Source: Deltaproteobacteria bacterium (GTDB taxonomy: Bacteria; Desulfobacterota; Syntrophia; Syntrophales; Smithellaceae). From it: a DNA stretch of 64,000 nt. Of the stretch, positions 45,148 through 53,754 are shown piece by piece (position 1 is the first letter of the stretch; every line of letters begins with the position of its first letter). The stretch lies in assembly GCA_022710585.1 (NCBI GenBank), contig JAKLGV010000005.1:4053-68052 (forward strand), written 5' to 3'. The translations under genes and the position numbers were made by a program. The notes under the pieces were generated by a model. It made no database searches and was not told where the DNA came from. It saw nothing but the letters and a program-made list of their open reading frames with translations.

Positions 45148-47850
45148 ATGAGTGATACATTTATTTTGAATGGAAAAGAGACGCCCTTCAAACAGGGGCA
45201 AATGATTCTGGATGCCGCAAAAAACGGCGGCATAGAAATTCCCACACTTTGCTATTTAAAAGGATCAGCGCCGACCGGCGCCTGTCGTGTCTGCTGCGTT
45301 GAGGTGAAGGGAGCGCGGTCGCTGGTGGCGGCGTGTTCGACGCCGGTTACACCCGGCATGGAGGTGACGACGGACAGCCAGGCGGTTCACACGGCGCGAA
45401 AACTGAACATTGAACTGCTGCTTTCCGCCGGCAAACACAACTGCATTACCTGCGAAGCCAACGGCGATTGCCGTCTGCAGGATCTGGCCTATTTTTATAA
45501 GATCACTGCTCCGCGCTTCGCCGAAAGTGAACAGCGCTATCCGACAGAGGATGTCAATCCATTAATCGTTCGCGATTTCAGCCGCTGCATTCTTTGTGGA
45601 CGTTGCGTGCAGGCCTGCAACGAAGTGGTCGTGAATCGCGCCATCTCGCAGGGCTATCGCGGCAAAAAAAGCAAGGTCGTTACCGGTGGCGATAAAGCGT
45701 ACAATGATGAAATTAGCGAATGCGTTTTCTGCGGGCAGTGCGTTCAGGTTTGTCCGGTCGGCGCTCTGACGGAGAAAAAAGCCAAAGGTCTGGGACGTCC
45801 CTGGGAAACTCAGAAAATCCGCACGACCTGTCCTTACTGCGGCGTCGGTTGTCAGCAGTTACTTCATGTCAAAGATGGTAAAATCATCAAGGTCACAGCC
45901 GTCGAAGACGCCCAACCCAATCAGGGACGGCTTTGTGTGAAGGGCCGTTTTGCGTATGACTTCATCTATTCCGAGGAAAGATTGAAGACCCCGCTGATTC
46001 GCGAGAAGAATGGGGAGTTCCGCGAGGCCTCCTGGGATGAAGCTCTGGATCTTGTCGCCACAAAATTCAAGGAGATCATCAAGAAAGACGGGCCGGACGC
46101 CATTGCCGGTGTCAGTTGCGCCCGCAGTATCAACGAAGATTCCTATCAGATGCAGAAATTTTTCCGCGCGGTAATCGGTACGAATAACATCGATCACTGC
46201 GCGCGTACCTGACACGCTCCCACCGTCGCCGGTCTGGCGACTTCATTCGGTTCGGGCGCGATGACCAATTCTTTCGCCGATTACGCGAAGGCCAAAATGA
46301 TTATTCTTGTCGGCACCAATATTACCGAAGCGCATCCGGTCGCCGGCACTTTTGTTAAAGACGCGGTGCTGGCCGGCGCCAAGCTGATTGTCATTGATCC
46401 GCGGCGCACCGAGATGGTTGATTTTGCCGATATGTTCATTCAGCTCAAAGTCGGCTCCGACGTGGCGCTGATCAATGCGTTGATGAACGTCCTGATTACG
46501 GAAAATCTTTACGATAAAAAATATGTGGATTCCTGCACAGAGGGATTTGAGGAATTAAAGAAAAAGGTGATGGAATACACGCCGGAAAAGGTCGCCAAGA
46601 TCAGCGGCATTTCTGCCGATACGATCCGCGAGCTGGCTCGTACGATGGCTTCGATCAAACCGGCGATGCTGATGTACACGCTCGGCATTACCGAACACAT
46701 CTGCGGCGTGAACAACGTTATGTCCTGCGCCAATCTCCAGATGCTGCTGGGCAATGTCGGCGTTGACTGCGGCGGCGTCAACCCGCAGCGCGGCCAGAAC
46801 AACGTTCAGGGCGCCTGCGACATGGGCGCGCTGCCCAATGTTTTCCCCGGCTATCAGCAGGTGGCCAATGCGGAAGCCCGGGCGAAATTCGAAAAGGCTT
46901 GGAACGTCAAATCGCTTCCGGACAAACCCGGCATGATGATGCCGACGATGATGAAAAATCTGACCACCGGAAAAGTCAAAGGCTTCTATGTCTTTGGCGA
47001 GAATCTGGCCAACACAGAGCCGGATATTAAACATGTTGAGCATGAACTGCAATCGGCGGAATTTCTGGTCTGCCAGGATATTTTCCCGACGGAAACAACA
47101 CGCTTTGCTCACGTGATTCTGCCGGCCGCCGCCTGGAGCGAAAACGACGGCACCTTCGCCAGTTCAGAACGGCGCGTCAACCGCGTGCGCACGGCCAGTG
47201 TGCCGCCGGGCGATGCCAAACCCAACTGGTGGATCTTCAAAGAGCTGGCCAAACGTTTCGGTCACGAATGGGCATCCAACAGCGCTCAGGAAATCTGGGA
47301 TAACGAAGTATCCGTTCTGGCGCCTTCCATGGCTGGAATCAAATATGCCCGTCTGGAAGGTGACGGTTTGCAGTGGCCTTGCCCCAGCGCAGATCATCCG
47401 GGCACCCCGACACTGCACAGAGGCGGCAAGTTCACCCGCGGTCTGGGTATGCTCAAAGCCATCGATTACATACCGCCCGCGGAAGTTCCCGATAAGGAAT
47501 ACCCGATGGTGCTTTCCACCGGCCGTCGCCTGTATCATTATCACACCAGGACGCAGACCGGACGCTGCGAGGGGATCAACGATCTGCTGGGTGAGGAAAC
47601 GGCTGACATCGCCATGGCCGATGCCGAAGCTATGGGCATTGAGAACGGCGAGAAGATTCTAGTGAAGTCCCGCCGCGGCAAAGTTGAGGTCAAGGCCCGC
47701 GTCACCAAGGAGGTTCCGCAAGGCCTGGTCTGGATGGCTTTCCATTTCCGCGAAGGTTGCGCCAACTGGCTGACCAATCCGGTTTATGATCCGATTACGC
47801 AAACGGCTGAATACAAGGCCTGCGCGGTGAAGATTGAAAAACTGAAATAA
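45148..47850 (+). CDS. fdhA: Formate dehydrogenase alpha subunit (Mo/W-bis-MGD) with a NuoG-like 2Fe-2S/4Fe-4S N-terminal extension. Selenocysteine at TGA 46210-46212.
   Basis: The two track ORFs (45148-46212 and 46261-47850) are in the same frame. The junction reads [30 protein letters not shown], the canonical FDH active-site Sec/Cys context. TTCPYCGVGC is the MopB 4Fe-4S motif. Confidence 0.9.
46213..46241 (+). other. SECIS-like recoding hairpin
   Basis: 17-nt stem-loop gtcgcc-GGUCU-ggcgac (46225-46241) starts 12 nt after the UGA. The loop resembles the GGUCU apical loop of E. coli fdhF SECIS. Confidence 0.7.
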
Positions 47851-47860
47851 TTTGGAATTC

Positions 47861-47896
47861 AAAATGTCCCGCTGTAAAAAGCGGGACATTTTTTTG
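47861..47896 (+). terminator. Rho-independent terminator after fdhA
   Basis: aatgtcccgc / gcgggacatt 10-bp stem plus a T-run. Confidence 0.8.
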
Positions 47897-47954
47897 CTAG
47901 ACAATATGCTATTTATAGCACATAAAAAAAGTTGATAAAGGAGCAACAGGGTTT

Positions 47955-48545
47955 ATGAATATCTGCACCTATTCCTATGATGAATATCTCCAAAAGGTGA
48001 AGACCTTTCATGGAAATCTCGCACCGGGACTGATTATCGGCGGTTTTATCGTTGATCTGGCGATGAAAAATCTGCCCGAAGGTGAATTTTTTGATGCGAT
48101 CAGTGAAACGCCGGTTTGTCTGCCCGACGCCGTGCAGATTCTCACACCCTGCACCATCGGCAACGGCTGGCTTTCCATCGTTAACTTCGGCCGTTTTGCC
48201 GTAACGCTCTATGAAAAATACAGCGGCAAAGGCGTGCGCGTTTATCTGGACACGGAAAAATTAAATAACTGGCCGGAAATCCGCGACTGGTATTTTAAAA
48301 AGAAGAAAAAACACGAACAGGATAAAGACCTTTTGATGGCGCAAATCAAAGAGGCGGGACACAATCTGCTGAGTGTGCAGATGGTTCAGGTCGAACCGGA
48401 AAAAGTCCGCCGCAAGAAAATGGGGCCGGTGGGCATTTGTCCGGTGTGCGGCGAGGCCTATCCTTCAAAACATGGCGAGAAATGTCTGAATTGCCAGGGG
48501 GAAACGCCGTATTCGGAAGTAAAAGTTGTGAAAACAACAAAATAA
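47955..48545 (+). CDS. FmdE-family protein with a C-terminal zinc ribbon
   Basis: FHGNLAPGLIIGG and TPCTIGNG FmdE motifs. CPVCGE...CLNCQ at the C terminus. Confidence 0.75.
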   Translation: MNICTYSYDEYLQKVKTFHGNLAPGLIIGGFIVDLAMKNLPEGEFFDAISETPVCLPDAVQILTPCTIGNGWLSIVNFGRFAVTLYEKYSGKGVRVYLDTEKLNNWPEIRDWYFKKKKKHEQDKDLLMAQIKEAGHNLLSVQMVQVEPEKVRRKKMGPVGICPVCGEAYPSKHGEKCLNCQGETPYSEVKVVKTTK

Positions 48546-48579
48546 AAAATATAAAAAATTCTAAAATAAAGAAACTGAG

Positions 48580-49353
48580 ATGTTAAAAAAAGGGAAAGTA
48601 CTTGCCAGTCTTTGTGAAAATATTTTGGCGAACGCCGCGAATGTGAAAGTCGCGGATCTGCGCATCGGTTTGGGTTACGCCGGGGTGAAACTGGATAACG
48701 GTGCGACCGGTATTGCCGCGGTTTTGTTTGACGCTTTTCCGCATGGCTGCACGGTAATGCCAGCGGCGGGAAGTTTTGCCGGGTCTCCAGCTTCGGATTT
48801 ACTAGAATATCTTGTTAACGGGAAAAATCCTCTGGAGATTGCCTTGGGTTTGGCCTGCGCCAACGCGTTGATTCAGCCGCCTGAAAATTCCGGTGATGAT
48901 CGGGAAGCGACAACTTACCTTGATTTGAAACCCGGTGAAAAAGTGGCGATGGTTGGCTTGTTTTCACCTCTGGTGGAAAGAATTCGCGCCACCGGCGCCA
49001 TATTAACAATCATTGAAAAAAATCCTCAGCGACTGGAATTGCTTTCACCGGAGGACAAACAACAGGTGTTGAAAAATTGCGATGTCGCGATTATCACCGC
49101 CACAACCCTTTTGAATAAAACATTTGAAGAAACGGTCAATCTGCTGGGCAGGCCCCGCGTAGTTGCTTTGCTGGGGCCCTCCACGCCGCTGGTTCCGGAA
49201 ATTTTCCGAAATACTCCTGTAACACATTTGGGCGGCGTTGCCGTTATCGATTCCGCCAAAGTTTTGCAAATCATTTCCGAAGGCGGCGGCACGCCGGCAC
49301 TTCGGCCCTATCTGCGATTTGTTAATATCCTCAATAAAAATTCCAAAAACTAA
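48580..49353 (+). CDS. DUF4213/DUF364 putative metal-chelation (Rossmann-like) protein
   Basis: VADLRIGLGYAGVKLDNGATGIA N-terminal domain. The context with Mo/W genes is typical. Confidence 0.6.
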   Translation: MLKKGKVLASLCENILANAANVKVADLRIGLGYAGVKLDNGATGIAAVLFDAFPHGCTVMPAAGSFAGSPASDLLEYLVNGKNPLEIALGLACANALIQPPENSGDDREATTYLDLKPGEKVAMVGLFSPLVERIRATGAILTIIEKNPQRLELLSPEDKQQVLKNCDVAIITATTLLNKTFEETVNLLGRPRVVALLGPSTPLVPEIFRNTPVTHLGGVAVIDSAKVLQIISEGGGTPALRPYLRFVNILNKNSKN

Positions 49354-49368
49354 TCTCTCGGATATCTG

Positions 49369-49409
49369 ATTATGTTATATTTGACATAATCAAGTAATTT
49401 TTGTATATC
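49369..49409 (+). promoter_or_regulatory. Candidate modA promoter with an overlapping 7-nt inverted repeat
   Basis: attatgt (49369-75) / acataat (49384-90). TTGACA 49381-86, 17-nt spacer, TATATC 49404-09. Confidence 0.35.
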
Positions 49410-49470
49410 CCTTGTGACAAAAAAGAGTTTCACGATCATGTGAAGCAACAAAACGAAGGAGGAAGTACAT

Positions 49471-50238
49471 ATGAAGAACATTTTTAAGAATTTATTTTGG
49501 GTTTTGGCTATATTGATGCTGTTTACCATGTCTGCCCTGGCTGCAGAGAAAAAACAGGCTGTTGACATTAATATCTCCGCCGCCGCCAGCATGAAAGATG
49601 CGGTGACCGAACTGGAGAACAACTTTACGGCGAAAAATCCCGCCGTCAATTTCCAGAACAATTTTGGGGCGTCAGGCGCGATTGCCAAGCAGATTGAAAA
49701 CGGCGCACGGGCCGATCTGTTTATTTCGGCCAATCTGCAATGGATGGACTACCTAAAGGAAAAGAAAATCATGGACGAGAAAAACATCAGTACCTTTGCC
49801 TTCAACACCCTCGTGTTTGTCGGAAAGTCCGATTTGAAAGTGAAGAAACTGGAAGACATAATCGGTCTGGACAAGATTGCCATCGGCAGCCCCAAGAGTG
49901 TTCCGGCAGGCGAGTATGCCGAGAAAGCTTTTCAGAAAGCCGGCATCGACAAGAAACTGGAAAACAAACTGGTCATGGCCAAAGATGTGCGGGCCTGTCT
50001 GATGTACGCTGACACAGGCGAAGTGCAGGGCGCTTTTGTTTACAACACGGATGCCGCGATGGCAAAAAATGTGAAGGTTCTTTTTACCGTTGATCAGGAT
50101 CTTTATCCGAGGGTGACCTATCCGATGGGACTCACGCTCGGGGGAAGCAAAAAAGCGGAAGTTGCCGCATTCTATAAGTTCCTCAAGAGTGACGAGGCTA
50201 AAAAAGTTCTTGCCAAGCATGGCTTTGTATTGAAATAA
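49471..50238 (+). CDS. modA: Molybdate/tungstate ABC transporter substrate-binding protein
   Basis: Signal peptide. AAASMKDA...FGASGA...ADLFISA ModA pattern. Confidence 0.85.
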   Translation: MKNIFKNLFWVLAILMLFTMSALAAEKKQAVDINISAAASMKDAVTELENNFTAKNPAVNFQNNFGASGAIAKQIENGARADLFISANLQWMDYLKEKKIMDEKNISTFAFNTLVFVGKSDLKVKKLEDIIGLDKIAIGSPKSVPAGEYAEKAFQKAGIDKKLENKLVMAKDVRACLMYADTGEVQGAFVYNTDAAMAKNVKVLFTVDQDLYPRVTYPMGLTLGGSKKAEVAAFYKFLKSDEAKKVLAKHGFVLK

Positions 50239-50244
50239 TGATGC

Positions 50245-50931
50245 ATGCCCGCGTTTAGTCCATCAGATTATCAGGCCATTTTCCTTTCGGTCAAGGTGGC
50301 GGTCATTGCGACACTGCTGTCTTTGCCGTTTGGTTTCGCCGTGGCTTACGTTATGACCTACAAAAGATTCAGGGGGAGGATCGCCATGGATGTACTGGTT
50401 AACCTCCCCCTGACATTGCCGCCTGTCGTAGTCGGGTATCTGTTGTTACTGCTGCTGGGACAAAACGGTCCGGTCGGCAAGTGGGTACTGCAGCCTCTGG
50501 GCATCAAGCTCATCTTCACCTGGAAGGCGGCGGTCATCGCCACGGCGGTCGTCGGTTTTCCTCTGATGGTCAGATCCATTCGCACTGGCATGGAAGCCAT
50601 CGATGAAAAGCTGATTCAGGCGTCGCGCACGCTGGGTGCCGGATGGCTGGACACCATTGTCACCGTGATCGCTCCGCTGTCTGTCCGCGGCATCATGGCC
50701 GGCAGCATTCTCATGTTCGCCCGGGGACTGGGTGAATTCGGCGCCACGATTATCGTGGCAGGAAACATCCCCGGTGTCACGCAGACCATTCCACTGGCCA
50801 TTTATGAATACGTCAGTTCCCCCAAAGGCGACGTGATCGCCATGTCGCTTTGTCTGGTTTCGATTACGCTCTCGGTGATCGTGCTCATTTTCCACGAATG
50901 GCTGAGCCGTCGTGTGGTCAGGGTGGATTGA
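50245..50931 (+). CDS. modB: Molybdate ABC transporter permease
   Basis: 5-6 TM segments and the EAA-loop ASRTLGAG...VIAPL. Confidence 0.9.
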   Translation: MPAFSPSDYQAIFLSVKVAVIATLLSLPFGFAVAYVMTYKRFRGRIAMDVLVNLPLTLPPVVVGYLLLLLLGQNGPVGKWVLQPLGIKLIFTWKAAVIATAVVGFPLMVRSIRTGMEAIDEKLIQASRTLGAGWLDTIVTVIAPLSVRGIMAGSILMFARGLGEFGATIIVAGNIPGVTQTIPLAIYEYVSSPKGDVIAMSLCLVSITLSVIVLIFHEWLSRRVVRVD

Positions 50932-50932
50932 T

Positions 50933-51985
50933 ATGGAATTGACATTTGCCGCGCAAAAACAACTGGACAAGTTTTTTCTGGACATGGATTTTACGGTTGA
51001 AGGCGAGCGGATCGGAATATTCGGTCCGTCCGGATGCGGCAAATCCACGCTGGTGGGCCTGATTGCCGGGTTGCACAGACCGGACAGTGGACACATTCTG
51101 ATCAATGGTCAGCCTGTGTTTGACAGTGGCAAAAAAGTAAATGTTCCCGCCGAGCACAGGCACATCGGCATGGTCTTTCAGCGTCCTCATCTTTTTCCCC
51201 ATCTGAGTGTCAAGGCGAATCTTTTATACGGCTACAAACGCTGCGAACGTGATCAGCGAAAAATCACGCTAAAGAATCTGGTGGATGTTTTGCAGATCGG
51301 CGATCTGCTGAATCGGGGCGTCAATAATCTGTCCGGCGGCGAGAAACAGCGGGTGGCCATCGGTCGCGCCGTGCTGTCCAATCCCCGGATGCTGATCATG
51401 GACGAGCCGCTTTCGGCGCTGGATGACAGTCTCAAGTTCCAGATCATTCCTTTTCTTAAGAAGTCCTGCGAGGCCTTTGCGATTCCCTATCTCTTCATTT
51501 CCCACTCCCTGACGGAAATGAGGATCATGGCGGAAAGGGTGCTGAACATGACCGATGGACGCGTTGCCGGTCTGATGACAGCGGAAGAACTTGCCCGAAG
51601 CTTGATGGGGAAAGGTCCCGCCCCCTACATCAATCTGCTGAAGTTGAAGAGAGCGCGTCGTCTTGACGGCATGTCCGCCTATAATTTCGGAGATACCCAA
51701 TTATTGATTTCCGGAGACAGCCGGGAAGAAGCTCTTGTTGAACTTCCATCAACGGATATCATTCTCTTTAAGCGTCACCCCGAGGCAACCAGCGCACGCA
51801 ATCTCTTGCATTGCCGCGTCAGTGAAATCTTTGAAGCCGGCACGAGAGTTGGCATCGAGCTTGCCTGCGGCAAGGATAAACTGGTTGCGGTTATTGTCAA
51901 AGAATCTGTTCAGGATTTGCAGATTGGCAAAGGGGTGGAGATTTTTGCCGCCATCAAAGCGACGGCTTTCAGGCCTTTGGGCTGA
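50933..51985 (+). CDS. modC: Molybdate ABC transporter ATP-binding protein with a C-terminal Mop/TOBE domain
   Basis: GPSGCGKST, LSGGEKQR, LIMDEP. The ATG at 50933 lies 1 nt after the modB stop; the track GTG at 50912 is an over-extension. Confidence 0.88.
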   Translation: MELTFAAQKQLDKFFLDMDFTVEGERIGIFGPSGCGKSTLVGLIAGLHRPDSGHILINGQPVFDSGKKVNVPAEHRHIGMVFQRPHLFPHLSVKANLLYGYKRCERDQRKITLKNLVDVLQIGDLLNRGVNNLSGGEKQRVAIGRAVLSNPRMLIMDEPLSALDDSLKFQIIPFLKKSCEAFAIPYLFISHSLTEMRIMAERVLNMTDGRVAGLMTAEELARSLMGKGPAPYINLLKLKRARRLDGMSAYNFGDTQLLISGDSREEALVELPSTDIILFKRHPEATSARNLLHCRVSEIFEAGTRVGIELACGKDKLVAVIVKESVQDLQIGKGVEIFAAIKATAFRPLG

Positions 51986-52111
51986 GATCCAAATGTATCT
52001 GGATACAGAAAGGTCTGTACGGCAATGACCTCAGGCCGGTCGCCCCCTTTTTCAGTTCACATTTCAGATTAAATTTGTTACAAAAGACATCGTTCGGTCA
52101 TGGAGGTCAAT

Positions 52112-52492
52112 ATGAATATTGTCATGGAAACCGAGTTGGTTCCCGGCAGCCTGTTTGAAAAACTCCGGAAGACGAATTCGGGATCAGTCATCTTCCACTA
52201 TGCGGTTGTTAAGAGCCAGGCAGGTGAAAGGCCGTCATCGGGCATCCGATTTGAACGCGGTGGAGATATGGAGGCGGAAATGTCGGCGATTGAAGCCGAC
52301 ATCCGCGGACGTTGGCCTGTTGACGATATCCTGCTGGTTCGTCGGCTTGGATACCTTCGGGTGGGTGATTTGATTTCTCTGGTCGCCGTGAGCGCCGGGG
52401 CGAGCAGTGCTGCGTTTGAAGCATGTCAATATGGCCTGGCTTGCATACGAAAAATGGCCAGTATTAAAAAAACCGAACTTTTTCTGGATTGA
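52112..52492 (+). CDS. MoaE-like molybdopterin synthase large-subunit family protein (divergent)
   Basis: Size and the pattern ...RWPVDDILLVRRLGYLRVGDLISLVAVSA...AFEAC...I..K..IKKTE resemble MoaE. GGAGG RBS precedes the ATG at 52112. Confidence 0.5.
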   Translation: MNIVMETELVPGSLFEKLRKTNSGSVIFHYAVVKSQAGERPSSGIRFERGGDMEAEMSAIEADIRGRWPVDDILLVRRLGYLRVGDLISLVAVSAGASSAAFEACQYGLACIRKMASIKKTELFLD

Positions 52493-53754
52493 AGAGGCAT
52501 CTCATGTTTTTTAAGGTTAAGTCATCTGAAGACGTTTTTGAGATTTTGAGAGGATTCGACTCCGTTCCCACTGAAAAAATCTTCATCGGCGATTCGCTCA
52601 ACCGTGTCCTGGGAGAGGGTATTACGTCCGGGGAAGATATGCCGAATTTTTCAAGATCGTCGGTGGATGGTTATGCTGTTCAGGCTAAAGACACCTTTGG
52701 CGCCTCCGACAGCCTTCCGGCCTTTCTGGAACTGGCCGGTGAGGTCGAGATGGGCAAGGCTTCCCAAAACATTGTCGGTCCGGGAACAGCGGTCAGAATT
52801 CCGACAGGCGGCATGATTCCGGAAGGCGCTGATGCTGTGGTGATGATCGAATACTGTCACAGTGTGGACGAAAAGACGATTGAAGTGAGCCGTTCTGTGG
52901 CGCCCTTAGAAAATATCATCAGCCGCGGCGACGATTTCCGCAAAGGATCTGTTCTCTTTAATAAGGGCACGGTTCTCAGACCCCAGGATATCGGACTGCT
53001 CGCGGGACTGGGAGTGAAGAATGTCTTGGTGTATCAAAGGCCGAAAGTCGGTATTATTTCAACAGGCGATGAGATTGTTCCCATCGATCAAAAGCCCGGA
53101 CCCGGACAGATACGGGATATCAACAGTCATACCTTGAGCGCTTTTTGCAGCCAGTCCGGCGCGATTCCTGTGAACATGGGATTATGCAAAGATGATTTTG
53201 ATGAAATGAGGAAAGTCGTGGGCGATGCGCTTCGTACCTGTGATACGGTATGGATTTCAGGCGGGAGTTCGGTCGGCACGAGGGATATGACGCTAAAAGT
53301 TTTTGAGTCTTTTTCAGATGCCCGGATTCTCGTTCACGGTATTGCGATCAGCCCCGGAAAACCGACCATCATTGCCCGAGCAGGCAACAAGTCCCTGTTC
53401 GGACTCCCCGGACATGTGGCGTCGGCGATGATTGTTGCGGAAATATTTCTGGATCCTTTCTTAGCCTGGTTATCGGGAGAGGAAAAGGGCGCGGGGGATC
53501 ATCGTTTTTATCTGAACGCTAGGCTTGAACGAAACATTGAATCGGCAAGCGGCAGAGACGATTATATCCGGGTCAAGCTTAAAAAGCGTGATGATCAGAT
53601 GTTTGCCGAACCGATTTTCGGAAAATCAGGTTTGATATCCACGCTGGTCGAGGCACAGGGTCTGGTCAAAATCGATAGAAATACGGAAGGGCTTTACAAG
53701 GATCAGATCGTCCGGGTCATGCTCTTAAAACCCTATAGGACGGGAGAGATATAA
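52489..53754 (+). CDS. moeA: Molybdopterin molybdenumtransferase MoeA
   Basis: SSVDGYAV, PTGGMIPEGADAVV, ISGGSSVGTRD, PGKP motifs. ATGA overlap with the upstream gene. Confidence 0.88.
   Translation: MKRHLMFFKVKSSEDVFEILRGFDSVPTEKIFIGDSLNRVLGEGITSGEDMPNFSRSSVDGYAVQAKDTFGASDSLPAFLELAGEVEMGKASQNIVGPGTAVRIPTGGMIPEGADAVVMIEYCHSVDEKTIEVSRSVAPLENIISRGDDFRKGSVLFNKGTVLRPQDIGLLAGLGVKNVLVYQRPKVGIISTGDEIVPIDQKPGPGQIRDINSHTLSAFCSQSGAIPVNMGLCKDDFDEMRKVVGDALRTCDTVWISGGSSVGTRDMTLKVFESFSDARILVHGIAISPGKPTIIARAGNKSLFGLPGHVASAMIVAEIFLDPFLAWLSGEEKGAGDHRFYLNARLERNIESASGRDDYIRVKLKKRDDQMFAEPIFGKSGLISTLVEAQGLVKIDRNTEGLYKDQIVRVMLLKPYRTGEI

Noticed and set aside
46213-46260. Apparent gap or stop between two FDH ORFs, which could be read as a pseudogene or a sequencing error
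   Set aside because: The TGA falls exactly at the conserved Sec/Cys active-site position and the downstream frame is continuous. A SECIS-like hairpin follows, so I interpret it as selenocysteine recoding.
51986-52111. Possible Moco riboswitch upstream of the MoaE-like gene
   Set aside because: I could not recognise the conserved Moco-motif helices by eye, and only weak 4-5-bp hairpins are present. A covariance-model scan (RF01055) would settle it.
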